From contig OZ199838.1 in assembly GCA_964304625.1 (NCBI GenBank), positions 8,081,550-8,145,549 on the forward strand: DNA of 64,000 nucleotides, in the 5' to 3' direction. Below are positions 36,718 to 50,767 of this stretch, piece after piece. The notes below the pieces were generated by a model. The model was not told the origin of the DNA and ran no database searches. It worked only from the letters and a program-made list of their open reading frames with translations. Position 1 is the first letter of the stretch; the number at the start of each line of letters is the position of its first letter. The position numbers and the translations under genes are program-made. Source of the stretch: Kudoa neothunni. Lineage: Eukaryota > Animalia > Cnidaria.

Positions 36718-38898
36718 CCTTCCAAGTAAAATGGGGTATTTTTATACCCCAGACCTATTTAATCTTTAATTTTTTACCTCAAATCTAAGACTAAAACTTT
36801 TTATATTCCGTCTAATCTTTTAACGTTGTATAATACATATTCTACCTGATACAAATTTTTTTTTGTAAACTAAAATTTAACGCCAAAATACCCTCAGAGG
36901 AAAATTGGGGTATTTTTACACCCCACATTTTTTTAAACTAAATTATTCCAAATACAAAATAATATTTATTGGGAAAATTTGATACAATTTCATCGACGAA
37001 TTATTGTTTAAATCAACAAATAGTACTGGTTATATTCCTAACGCGGATGGGCGTTAGGAATATGAGCTCGAGTGAGTATGACGGCAGCTGCTCTGATATT
37101 GATTCTTCTGACCTGGATTATTCCTTTATATGTGATAGGTCATCAGATAATTCGGAAGTTGAAACCAATGTTCCATCTGTCTCTTTAATAGATAAGAATG
37201 GAACCTTATGGACAATTGAAAAACCCTCGACTTCTAGAACTGCGGTCGAAAATATTTTGACCAGTTGTGCTGGTGTTTCATCCTTCGTTTTGCAGAATGT
37301 TAATGAAATTCTTGATACGTTTAAAGTGTTTTTTCGCTAGGAAATACATGATTTAATTTTAAAACATACAAATCAATACGGTAAACATTTTTTTGGTGAT
37401 GCTTGGAAGCAATTAGATAGTGTCGAATTCGATGGATTCATCGGATGTTTATTGTTGATGGGAATATTTGATGATAATCAACAACCAGTCAAAGAATTGT
37501 TTGGGTTAGAAGAGGGGAGACAAGAAAAACATTAGATAAATTTTGCCACATTCGTGAACTCTGGGATATCTGGGTCGACTCACTTATCCAGAGTTTTCGA
37601 CCTTTTGAAGATCTTTGCGTCGATGAGCAACTTGTGGCTTTTAGAGGTCGTTGTAAATTCAAACAATATATGCCAAAAAAGCCTTCAAAATATGGCCTAA
37701 AGTTTTATTTAATAACTGGCCCAAAGTCAACTTTTGTTTGCAATGCAATTGTCTATTTGGGAAAGCGATCTCAAAATGATACGAGGGCTGTGAATGTTGG
37801 GAGGAATATTGTTTTAAAGTTAGTGGAACCATTTGAACGTTCTGGTCGAAATGTCGTATGTGACAATTTTTTCACGTTTATTGAGTTAGCGGATGAATTG
37901 TTGCGAAAAAAACTTTCAATTGTTGGAACGATGAGTTCGAATAAGAGGGAGATACCACCATATTTGAGACCAGATAAAACGACTCCTCTTCATTCATCTC
38001 TTTTTGTTTTTAATAACAAAAAAATGATGCTAAGATATCTGCCTCGCAGAAATAAACCCGTTTATATGCTTTGTTCCTCCTCAACAAACACCCAAATATC
38101 AACAGAAAGGCCATTAAAACCCGATGTTATAATGCATTAGAATGCAGTAAAAGGCGGAGTTGATACGATTTCCAGATTATTGGCAGCAATAAATGTGAGA
38201 CGAATATCTTGTCGTTGGCCGTTAATTGTTTTCTTTAACATGGTTGATATCAGTCTGATTAATGCGTTTTGTATATACAAAAATTTATTCCCTTCCTCAA
38301 AATTACTCCGGAGGGAATTTTTGAAAATGATGGCAACCCAATTGACACATCGACTGCTTTTGAGACGGAAACAAAATATGACAGCTAGTGAAGATTCCTC
38401 TGTTATGATTGGACAAAATAGTTACGGGAGATGTCGATTTTGCGATAGGAAGTATGATAGAAAAACCAAAATAAAATGCGACGTTTGTGCTTCATCTTGC
38501 TGCAAATTCCATTCCAATCATATTTGTTTTAACCGATAATTATATGTCAATTTTGTCTTATTCTTATTATTCTATTATTAGTGTTATTCTTTTGTTCGTT
38601 CATTTAATAAAATAATTCTAATACCGCTTAAAAGCTTTCCTAAAATAGAATCTTAAAAGTATTGTCAATAAACATCCTACTTCTGCAATGTGATCAATTT
38701 TGATTTGTGCGGATGCGCTGCTGTACATGCTTAGCTAGAAATATTGGTCTATAATTTCAAATTTAATCGATAAAAATACTTCAAAATTTTCAAAAATAAT
38801 TATTTTCGAATTCTTAATAATTTGGTTTAAAAAAATGTGGGGTGTAAAAATACCCCAATTTTACTCAGAGGGTGTAAATTTTACAGTGACTTGGAAGG
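36718..38898 (+). mobile_element. piggyBac transposon with decayed transposase
   Basis: TTAA-CCTTCCAAGT at left and ACTTGGAAGG-TTAA at right, with subterminal GGGGTATTTTTA(T/C)ACCCC motifs. ORFs carry VDEQLVAFRGRCKFKQYMP, CDNFFT, KGGVD and RWP. Confidence 0.93.
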
Positions 38899-40436
38899 TT
38901 AATAACGTTTTTTGGTTATTCTATTTAAATAAACTATATAATACCCATGCTGAAAAATAAAGAAAACGCAAAATAAAATTACACGCACACGCATCTTTGG
39001 TGTGTATTATCGGTTGCCTATCGTAGATATATGAAGTTCTTATGTCTGTCAGTGTGTGTGTTTGCATCAGTACGCATGTGCCGCGAAGAAACTTTCATTA
39101 AATTCCGCCTTTAATATACATTTAGAAAGATGATACTATTACAAAAAATCGCTAATTCACTTACGATAGTTTACAAAATAAATATCGGTATCAGAAATAA
39201 GGAAATTTCTGGTTAGTTACATAAATTACCAGATTAAAGAGTACCTGCATAATATCTAATATTGCTGTTTGTTCACTCCAGAGTTTAACTCAATTAGAAT
39301 GAACTTTTACTCATTATACACAAAGAAAATCTGTTAATTATGATATAGAATGTTTTAAAAATTTTACGTATGCATGTTCGGAGTAATTTTAAGACAAATA
39401 AAACTATTAACGTCACATTTACAAGAGTTTTTTCATTTCCCTTAAAATTTTAAGCATAACCAAATTATTTAGGATGTATTTTCACTTATCAAGTGTTATG
39501 GATATAGTTAAGCGTACAAGATTATGGTCATTATAAATTGAACACATAATTTGAGATTAAAGTCGTTGTCATGTTGGAATAATTTGGGTCTCTACACGCA
39601 TTCTAAAAACGATGTAAGATGTGTGTAGAGTTTTCAAATAATTAAATTTTTGTGATAACTTCTTAAATGAAAATTTCTTTTTATCAAATATATCGGTTGA
39701 AGTTTAAACTATATCCGACTTTTCAATAAGTTTTACTCATTTTTTAGTTTTCCTAAACTTTCTTTCAAAACAGTTGGCATAACTAATTCTATAAGTTTCT
39801 ATATTTGATGAGATAGTTTTTTAAATAATGTTTAGTTTCTTAATAACCTAATTATTCCCTACCCCAGACCTTAAGGTTAATATTCAAATCAATATATAAT
39901 TTTCTTTTCGCTAAGCTACTTCATTGTGATATAAAAGTTGTGTGAAAATACGCGACACCTCATTCTATACGTAGTTTAAGAATTTATATTCACACATACT
40001 TTTGTACAAAATAAAGTCCCCTCTCAATTCGTGCCATGTAAGTAAATAAGAAATTATTGGTCTATTGGATCTAACCGACATTTTCACAAAGTTTTCGTTA
40101 ATCTGAGAATAATTTAATACAAGGAAATATTTTTAGAGCAATCAAACAGTACGTCTATTTTTAAAAGGATGCACTCCTTCGAGACAACCGGTTGATATTT
40201 AAGCAGTACTGCAATTATTCAAACCAAAAACACCTGTACATTTGAGATTTAATCGTATTTGATGATCAAATTTATATATTTTTGAACCAGTAAGTATTTT
40301 TGTTAAAAAGAAAGGTTTCGTTTATTTAAAAATTGGGAAATTATGCTAAAATAGTGAATATGTAAGTTACCACTTACAGATTATTAAAGCCTCATTAATA
40401 TCCTTTATAAAATTGAAAAAAAGGAGTAACAATTAA

Positions 40437-43373
40437 CCCTTAAAGGATAATCTTAGGCTCCACGAGCCCATCCACGTGACACAGCGTCCATTACTTAGGT
40501 TAGACCAGTAGTGGGCAAAGTGCGGCCCGCGGACGGGTTTATGTGGCTGAAAAATTGCGCAAGCGTGTACATGTTTTCAAAATCCAGAAACACCAAGGCA
40601 GCATTTATCTTCCATAAACAAATAAATAAACAACCTTTTGATGAATATTATGGATTTGTAAACTTTAGTTTTACGCGATTTTATTATCTGATTTGATGTT
40701 TTACCTATGCTTGCACCGTACCTATGATTATCATATGTAATGGGAATGAGTAAAGATCTAATACGCCCTTAAAACAAAATCACATGTCATAAACTTCAAA
40801 AAAAGATGGTACACGAGATTTAATTCACAACAAAAAGAATCTAAAAATAACTAAATAGCAGAAAAACATATGAGCATGCGATACTCATACATAAATTAGG
40901 TTTGACGCAACAAGAACTATATTCATATTTTCCATTACATTCGCTGGGTTTAAAAAAATCTAATTTATTAACATATTTGAAAAACGATATAATCTATTAT
41001 TCCGATCGAAACTTGCAATAATATGCCTATCATCAAATTTCTATTTTTTAAAAGTTATTTAGTTCCTTTTTAAATTAATTTATACACTAACTTTTGTATT
41101 GTACCAAAAATGTTAGAAAACCATCAATAGGTATTTAAGTTCTCAGAAAACACTTTATTAACAATGCGGCCCTCCAAGCTTTTGTAATGAGCCAATGTGA
41201 CCCGCAGAACCAAAAGTTGTGCCCACCACTGGGTTAGACCAATTTTTTCGGTTCAAATTTCATGTAAATTCATAAAAATTAATTATGTACCAATTGGTGT
41301 TATTCATAGGAAAAATTTGATGGTTTTAAGACCTTTTTTCATCTTTTGGGATATATTAAGCCCATGTTATGTTTGTACATAACAAAATTTGATCCCGATT
41401 TTGTACTAAACAGTTATAATGGAAGATTCCCATTTATTTATTGATATATCATCTAACACCGAAAGTATATCTTCAAACGAGCTAAAAAATTTCTTGGAGG
41501 ATGATAACGAATTAAACGAAAGTTTACTACATGAATTTGACGGTTGGTTTATCGAAAAAATATAAAATCTTCATTTCATTATTCATAGATTTATCTAAGG
41601 GACAACTAAATGTATTCAATCAAGATTGTTCTTCCCAAATTGTCTCACATGACTGTAACACTCGAGATTCCATTAATAATTATTTGTCGAAAGATACATC
41701 TATTATTTGGCCTTCCCAGCCCTCTCCTGGACAAACTTCCTGTAATAATGTAATAGATCGCAGTATTGTACAAGGAAAACCAATTGAATCTTTCGATTCG
41801 ACGACGCCACTTGATTGCTTCAATCATTTCATAACTAAACAAATGATGGAAGAAATCATGTTGTACACCAATCACAAAGGCATCGATGAGATGGGAGATA
41901 AATGGAAACATCTCGATCTGATTGAATTAAAAGCTTTTTTAGGATTATTGTTGTTAGTTGGTGCCTACAAATCCAATTTGGAAAGTACGAACATTTCGTG
42001 GGATGAAATTCATGGGAGGCCCTTATTTCGCGCAATGAGGAGTCAGGATAGATTCAAAAAAATCCTACGTGTATTGCGTCTTGATGAGTACTAGACCAGA
42101 AATAACAATTCAAGCTCGCAAGATAAATTTTCACCGATAAAAAAAATATTCAATGAATTTACTGACATCTGTAGAACTAGCTATATCCCAGGTCCTAATT
42201 TAACTGTTGATGAACAGCTGTATCCTTTTCGGGGCGAGTTTCATTTTTAGTGTACACGCCCAAAAAACCATCGAAATACGGTTTAAAATTTTGGATTGTT
42301 TGCGACAGCGACACATTTTATGTTCAAACATAATTCCATATTTGGGTAAAATTGACAGTTACCATGAATCCAATCTACCTTTAATGTTGTGGTAAATTTA
42401 ACACATCATCTTTTGGATGTGGGTCGTAGCATCACCTTCGACAATTATTTTACTTCATGGAAACTGGCTGAATATTTGTATGAAAGGAAAACATCAATTC
42501 TTGGAACTGTGCGTAAATGCAGAACTTTTATACACCCAGAAATTTTGGCGAATAGATCAAGAAAGATGTTTTCATCGCTATTTGGTTTTTACGAAGTATT
42601 CACTCGTATTTCGCATGTTCCGCGTAAAAATAAAGCAGTGGTTATTCTTTCATCAGAACACCGCACTCAAAATGTAAGTAAAGAATATCATGCTAAGCCT
42701 CAGGCAATCTTAGATTACAATAAAAAATGCGGCGTTCACACATTAGATCAATGTGTTTCAACATATTCTTGCAAGAGAAAGTGACAACGCTGGGCTGGCC
42801 ATTCGCGGTGTTTTGCCAATTATTGGATGTGGCTGCATTCAACGCATATGTAATTATCATTAATAGAAATCCTATCTACATGAGAACTGATAAAACTGGT
42901 AGAAGACAATGATTCCTATTGGATTTGTCTTATTCGTTAATAAAAGGTGAACAAGAAAGAAGATTCGAAACTCCATTAATTTCTACTCAACCCGCTTTGA
43001 AACGCTCGATGGAAATTATTGGATACCAATTTTCCAATAATGAACCAAACCTAATCCAAATCTGTGAAGATAACAGACGAAAGCGATGTCACTTTTGTCC
43101 AAGCCATGTAATTCGTAGGAATAAGCAAGTGCGTTCCCTTTGCAAAAAAAGTGTATGTAGCGAGCATTCTGCGAGAAATATTACTTGTTTTAATTGTATT
43201 TCAAAAAATAAATAGAATATTTACTATTATTGTTTTTCTTATCAATGCGTTATTATACAACACAGCTAACTTTAAGAAAGACCACGAATTAACGCATTAA
43301 CCAACACATTAATATTATAATTAATCCGGTTAATGTATATGGACTCGCGGAGCTCAGGGTTGTCCTTTAAGGG
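40437..43373 (+). mobile_element. piggyBac transposon with decayed, intron-containing transposase; hosts a hAT MITE
   Basis: TTAA-CCCTTAAAGGA at left and TCCTTTAAGGG-TTAA at right. ATG at 41419, putative 46-bp intron at 41543-41588. Motifs VDEQL, FDNYFTS, ILDYNK and WPF. Confidence 0.92.
40506..41231 (+). mobile_element. 726-bp Charlie/SPIN-type hAT MITE
   Basis: Perfect 8-bp TSD GGTTAGAC (40498-505 and 41232-39). TIRs CAGTAGTGGGCA and TGCCCACCACTG. Confidence 0.93.
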
Positions 43374-44053
43374 TTAATATTTTTATTTCCGACGCACCTT
43401 AGGTCGATTTTATTTTTTATCGTTTGTAGACTAATAATAAATTTTATAACTAAAAAGATTAATTTTTTTCGCAAAATTTTGAAAAGAACTGTAAGTCCTA
43501 TTTGAGTTACTTAATGATTTTGTTTAATAAGAAAATGAACTTTAAACGTTAATTACATTGCTCATAAAATGGAGGCCATTGTATTTTTGGTCAATAATTT
43601 GTAAAATCAACTTAAAAATACTCATTAATTTCTCTCAATACCTCTATTTATATTTGAATGGAAAGGACATGCATAATTTGGTGTATCTAAATCATTACAT
43701 TGCAAAAATAATGACAAGTTATAAAATGTAACAATTAAAATAGAAAAATAAAATTTACATGGTTTAACGTGCTAATTAGATCAAATCTTCCATAGAATTT
43801 CTTCATTCGGAAATAAAATCAGTTTCCTAGTGTTTCAGTTATTTTAGGAGATATCCTTTACTATTAGAATAGCCATCCCCAAAATGAAACACATATTATT
43901 ATTATTTCCATAATTAAAGGATTTTTAATATTTTGCCTTAATTGAACTCGAGAACACAGTAATTAGAGAACATGACAATATAACTAAGTCTACAACTGAA
44001 ATTAGTTACTCAATGAATATCTAAAGATTCAATAGCCAGCTAATATTTATGTA

Positions 44054-45999
44054 TTAACGTAATGAGTGCTCTTTCATTTTATTTAGAATGGGAAATATTT
44101 GACTGAAATTAGGTCTCTTGGATGTTATGAGGTTTATGCACATGTTGTAAATGCGTACAATCCTTTGTTCATGATAGGGAGCTGGTTCTAGGCGGAATTT
44201 GTTCTTGATTTTCTAATCATAAATGTAGGTTAATAGTTTAATTGTGGTTAATTAAAAATTACGTGATGAGCAACAAGTGCATTATTTATGTTAGCGCTGA
44301 CAGGTTTCGACTGAAAGAGTTCATGTAGTATCAAACCGAAACTCCAAATGTTGGCAAGTTCGTGCGAATATTCACTACGAGGTGTGGTCAATTCTATCAA
44401 AGGTCGAATATATCGAATCATCAGAAATTTAAGTACCTTCCTTTGTCATATAAACCGTATTTATCATTTTAAGATTGGATCTGAAAAGCAGATTCAATGC
44501 AGAAAAGTTTATTTTGGCAGTGAATGATGCGGATAGCTAAAATTTTATTCCCAGATTATTTCCATTTTCAGGTTCACTATTTTAACTCACAAGAATGTTG
44601 TAAGAGTTCAAATGCAAAGGAGGTGGAGTAGGATGGAGTGAATGTAAAAACTTCATCCCTGAACTAATATCAACGGCTAATGATATGATGGTATTGTAGG
44701 AAACCTTCTCTCCTGTAAAAAATAAGCATTAATTTTGTGAAAAAAATTGGAAAATTGTACCAGAATTTTGGAGAAAATCATGCAACGACCCATGCGAACA
44801 CCATGGTGTTAGCAACAGTAGTGATTTGTTTACTTTCATTATAGCTGTAATGGGAGCGACATTGAGGTGAGATCGCGTCCTATATTATCGCCAAGTGAAA
44901 TTTCTCAGTAACACTCATTAAATGTACTGTAATCTAACAATCTGTTCGTATAGCTCAACGGTATCCATGTTGAAGCAACTTTTTTTGATCCATTTAATTT
45001 CTTTGATGCCAATATTGCTGTTATTGTACGTTCCATTCCAGAACTAAACTTGTCATTATACATGATAATATCATAGCATAATTACATTTCCATTTATATT
45101 GTAATTTATCAAACCTTTTTTCTTAACATCCTGTTGTTTATAGGATCGCGGAATTTTCAAAACGGACAAACTTGTAGCTAAAGATGGGTGTTAAAAATAG
45201 CTTGTACTTTTAGCTGAATAATACCTAGCGGTAAACCAACGCCATTTTCAACTAAAATATATATTGAAAGCCAAATTTGTAACAGTAAATCTATCAATTA
45301 CCACAAGGAGGTGGAATAGCCTCAACAGGTGCATTTCCGATGTATCCTAAAACAGCTACAGGAGAGTAGGTTATATAAATCGGACTAAATTTTCAAAAAA
45401 TATACCTTCCAACTTTTCACATAAATCTATTGGAGCTATCTCCAATGATGTTTGTGAGTTATTGTTTTTGATAGTGACATCAGCTCCTGATCTAACCAAA
45501 ATCTATGAAAAAAGTTTTAGTAATAAACTCTCAACTAACCAAATGTTTACTTCAGCTATTTCATCTCTATTCCAAAAACACGCATAATGAAGAGGGGTGT
45601 TGCCGACAACATTTTGTGAATCTAGAGGTACTCTCATTTTTAGCAGCTATAAAGAATAAATTCTTATAAAATTAGATATTAACGAAGTGTTGTTGTACTT
45701 CTCTGACAATTTCCGTTTGCCCAAAACTTACGGCAAGATGAAGTGGTGTGTCTTTGGTGTTGGTGAGCGAGTAAAACACCGCACCCAGTTGTTGCATAAA
45801 CGTAAAGATTTCCATAGATGCCCTTTGACAGGCCCAGTGTACAATTGTGAATCCGTTGCTATCACTAGATAAATTTTATAGTTTGCTAACACCCCTGTTT
45901 TAGCATATACCATGTTGAGATATCATTATTAGGATCGCATAGCCACTTTTTTACATTGTCCAGATTTCCAACTTTAAACTCATCGAACAAATCAGTCAT
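44054..45999 (-). CDS. ILK: Integrin-linked kinase (ankyrin repeats plus pseudokinase), multi-exon
   Basis: Spliced product MTDLFDEFKVGNLDNVKKWLCDPNNDIST-CDSNGFTIVHWAC...DTPLHLAVSFG...GNTPLHYACFWNRDEIAE...FWNGTYN...KRPNFSQIFPILNKM. This matches ILK hallmarks (GN...V..WL...ND, PLHYACFW, KRP.F..I.PIL.KM). All introns are short. Confidence 0.9.
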
Positions 46000-47203
46000 C
46001 TATTAAATTTCAGCTATTCGAAAAAGATTATGTATAATAATATTAAAATATGGGGCCGACGATTATATGCATATTTAAGACGGATAACGTCATTGCTCGT
46101 AAGGAATACTTACGAAGGTATTTTTATCATATAATTGCTTAAATTCTCGTCATAAATTCCACAAATTCCACAAATATTTTTATTCGTCGTATTACAGCCA
46201 CAATACAGATAATTATATTTCAACCGTCAGAAGTCATTAACTTTGTATTGTATAAACTAGTTGACTGATAAATTCCTACTAGACGAGAGCAGGATTCTTT
46301 AAATTATTTATTATGAAAATTTGCGTGAATTGAATTCAAAGTGTTTCATACCTCTTGGATACGGATATTTAATAAAATCAACTCGATACTATAAAATTTT
46401 ACATCCTTTCTGGAATTTATCTTAAACAAGCTTAGACGTAATAAAGGAATTATTTTGTAGCCATCTCTACTGTATTATTTGACATTTAGGATAAAACAAC
46501 ATTTATAGCTTGTATAAGTCGTTATATCAATCATGAGAGTTTGGGGCTAAATTACAGTATCTGTGCAACCTTAGGCAGAAATAGATAAACACCTGTATAG
46601 CAATTGATTGGCTTTTTTTGTGTGCCAAAAAAACCAATACTTCTGATTTTTATCGACCCCAATTAGCAAATTCCGATTGTTAAAGAGATAAATAATTTTG
46701 TTTGCTGGTAAATGTTTATCTATTTGTGACATGAGTCACGACAATTTGTAAATTTCGAAAAAAACCAATTTAAACTGTAAAATACCTAAGTAAATAACGA
46801 ATTCGTATGCTTATATCGTTTCATAAGCATTTCCTTCTGAATAAGAAATCGGATATATGTTAAGGCAAGCTCGCTTGATTCTTATTTGATGCGTATCTAT
46901 CCGTTGGATAATTTCTCATATCGTTTCAATTTTGTTTGTGTTAACTCCATCAGTTGAAACGAACCTTCCTTTATGAATAACTTTATCATTGTTAAGAATA
47001 CACTTCTTGAGCACTTGGTAATTATTAAAGATAATTCCAAGTATCATGCTTATAACATTGGTGCTTCTATTGCGGCCGTAAATCCGACAGATGAAATGTT
47101 AGGGCATACTTTATATTTAGGGTTGAAAATTTTCGATTTAAAGCGTCGAATTTGCAAAAATTCTCCGGTTTTTGTGTTTTTATTGCATTAGACACATTCG
47201 AAA

Positions 47204-47395
47204 ATGGGAAGGAAACGATGTGAAATAACCAATTATTTAATGGAATGGAGTGATTTAAAAGTCGCTGCTGATGTGCTAATATGTAGATATTGCAAAGTGA
47301 TGATACCTACAAAATAAAATAGAATACAGGATCACGTTAATTCTCAAACATATTGTTCCATCAAGTCGAATTTGTCGAAAATAAACCTTCTAACT
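47204..47395 (+). pseudogene. CGGBP1-like zinc-finger transposase N-terminal fragment
   Basis: MGRKRC...VLICRYCKVMIPTK*NRIQDHVNSQ has C2H2/BED-like spacing and an internal stop. It ends where the hAT element starts. Confidence 0.4.
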
Positions 47396-48509
47396 CAGCA
47401 CTTCCCAACTCAAATTCGCCTCGCATCCCCTTAAATTTTTGATAAGATGTTGCCAACTTAAAAATTTTTAGGAAGAGGATTAGATAATTTAGTTCATGTG
47501 TGCTATAGAATTAGCTCAAAAAATCAAATAAAAATTATTACACCTCGTGTTTCCAATGTAGTCTAAATATTTTTAAGTTTGTCGATTGAATAATATTATC
47601 ATATTCATTTTTAAGTGATTGATAATAAATCTCATTTCTAATGTAACCCATTTAGGCTTATATCTTAGGAAGTTAAAAATATTCAATTGGAAATAGTTTT
47701 TAATTATAAGATTAATGGTTGGGGCCAAGAGGAATAATTATATTTCCAAAATAATATGTGAGTTACCGATAAAAAAAATACTTCAAATCACTATTAGACG
47801 AAGAAAGATTACAAATATTTATTGATAATTAGATGTTCGTATATTCTGAAATCACTCTGAGAGACAACAAGCTCCATAATATTTTGGAAATTTTATTAAT
47901 TTTAATTAGAAAGGCGTTTAACTTGGCATACCACACCATTTATTCTATATGTTGATAAAATTGTGTGTTTATAAATTAATCTGTAAAAAAATTTATTATT
48001 TTCTCTATAAGATATTTATATTTTTAGTAACTTCAAAACATAATTAATTTAAAGTAAAAAGTTTAATCTAATGTAATGAATAATATATTTCTTCATTAGC
48101 ATTTAATGACGGTTTAAAAATAAACAAGGTTAAAAATTAATAAGATTTGTATTCTATTATTATATTTTTTTAACTAAATAATAGTTTTTTCATTATAATT
48201 ACTGAAAGATGTTTTAAAAATACATAATAATTCCGTTTTATTACATACTGTGATATTATTGTACCGAAAACGACATGCAGATATTTAATTCGTTTTAAAC
48301 ATTCTTCGAGTTACATGTAATTGTTTTCGAAGTTTTTCCTGATTAAATATATATCAGTGATCGTAATATATTATTTTGAATTTAACATATATTTAAAATG
48401 AGATTTCAATAAATATTTTCATATATTACTCAAAATTTAATATATTTACTGAGGGATTATATGCGCAATCAAAAAAATTGAAAAAGGAAAAAATACTGAA
48501 TACAAAGAA

Positions 48510-50218
48510 TTAAATCCAAGTGTTTTTATTTTGTTGCTGTCTTTTAGTCTCAATCATGGATGTGAATCGTGGTTGCTTAGAAGACAAAGCTACTCTCAAA
48601 TCATTCTCTGGATTTAGTGCGTTCCTGTATTTGTTTTTTATATACAGTAGAGAGTAAAATCCAGATTCGCATAACCAGGTAATGACTAACGGGACCATGA
48701 TGTCAGGCTGTTTTTTAGAGAGAGTTCGATAATAATATTTTACACTATACCAAAAATTTTCCAGTGAAGTCGTCTCAAAAAGTAATTTCATTGCGTGGTT
48801 TTCCTTCAAATCGATCAACGCTCCTTAAGTCAATGTTCGTCCGCCATATTTTCTGGTTTGAAGGCAAAGGGATTAACGATCCATATTTCTGATTCTTCAA
48901 GCTCTCCGGTGGAAAAGTAACCAATAAAAGATTGAGTTAATGAACTCAGGTGACAACATATATCTTCTTCAACTTTAAAAGGAAACAGTTGTTCATTTTT
49001 ATTAATGATTTCATCCAATGAAGGAAATCGGAAACAATTTTCTGTTTGATACGTTTTCTCCGAAGTTAGAGTTTATTTTTGAAGGCTCAAAGTTTTTCAC
49101 ATGCAGTAATTATATTCATTTTTATACCTTGAATTGAATACTTCAAGTCGTTTAAATGCTGAAGTATATCTGTTAGATAAGTTCAATATAAATTGAAGTT
49201 GGAAACCTCGAAGATGTCAACAAGACCACAATTCTGTTTCAATAAAAACTGGCGAATCTCTTTTCTTAGCTCAAAAAATATGGAAAAAACTTTACCGCGA
49301 GAAAGCTACCTAACTTCGGTATGAAATAATAAGGCAGCCGTCTTATTGTCGAAATCGCTACAGAAATCCTTAAAAAGCCTACTATTGAGTGCTCTATCTC
49401 TAATAAAATTCACAATTTTGACACAATAATCAAGAGCATGTTTCAAAGTAAGAGGTAATGTTTTTGACATTAAAGCGTGGCGATGAAGAATGCAGTTAGA
49501 CGATTTAACTTCTGGGACTCTATTTTTGACAGGTGCCATGAAGCCGGAATGACATCCCAACATGTTAGGAGCACCATCCGTACATATCGATCCTACAACG
49601 TCAAAAGGAATTTCATTTATGTCAAAAAAGCTTTCCATCTCATGAAAAACATCCATTGCAATTGTCGTCGTCTTCAATTCTTTACAGAATAAGAAATCTT
49701 CCTCGATAACACCACCTTTAATGTAACGAACAAAAGCAATAAGATAGCTACCTGATTTAGTAGATCAGCACGGGTGTCATCGATTCTATTCCTGATCACA
49801 TTGTTTGATAGGGGAATCTTTTGAAGTTTTTCTGCGACTTCTCTACCGAGAATCAGATTTGCACTTTCTATCATACATGGCTTGATTAGGGTTTCCGCGA
49901 TTGTGTGAGGTTTCTTCATTTTAGCAACCTCGTATGCAATTTTTTTAAGGACGCCGTTAATATCGGTTTCTCAGTCGAAGACCACCCAAGCTTAGGAAGA
50001 GTTCCTCTTGCATCGAAACTAATTTTTGTAGCCCTCATGGATTCAGGGTCATACCCCGTTGCCGTACTTCCTTCATGTTTATTTTGAAAGCGGTCACCAA
50101 GCTTCGATGGTTTGAAGTTAAAATTTGCAAAGATGGCACCACAAAGTATACACTGTGCTCTTTCTACACCGCTATAACTACCTTGGTAAAACCATAAGCA
50201 GCCTAGGTTTCTTTCCAT
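48510..50218 (-). pseudogene. Frameshifted hAT (Buster/SCAND3-like) transposase
   Basis: Motifs QCILCG...KPSKL, KKPHTIAETLIKP, ICTDGAPNMLG, CILHRHAL, LLFHTEVR and TWLCESGFYSL. Confidence 0.92.
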
Positions 50219-50767
50219 TTTCTTATTTTCAGTTCGCTAGGCATATCACCAGGCAAGGGTCGGCAAAAATTAACTGCGATTATTGTGTTGGATTATCCAT
50301 TAAAAGGAAACGCCACACTTCGGGAAATAGTATGAGGGACATGAAATCCCTTAATGCCTTCCGCTAGCGCGGTATATTGACAAATAATGTAAACCGATAG
50401 TTAATCTGTGTCATTATAAAAAACAAGTGTTTCTATGGCTGCATTCGATTGAACAATATTATTGCTTGTTTATCTATTAATAATATTTTTAAGACCATTT
50501 TAATGTTAATATAAACATTGAAACCTAAAACTTATTCGATAAACATAAGCATTGAACTTTTTAAAAAGTCATCTTTGTGCTCTATTGTTCGACGCCTTTT
50601 ACAATTAATTAAAAAAGAATAAAAGAATACTGAGTGTAAAATTTCAGCTTAAATAATTGATAAATTTTACATGCGAGCGACATCGCGCCCACGTGTAATT
50701 CCTTTTTATTTACAAAACCCTGAAAATTTCCTTATTCATTGAACATTTTTACACATCGCTTCCTTAA

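Noticed and set aside
45687-45913. ORF-track ORFs 45687-45872 and 45728-45913 as separate genes
   Set aside because: They are off-frame or antisense readings of ILK exon 2.
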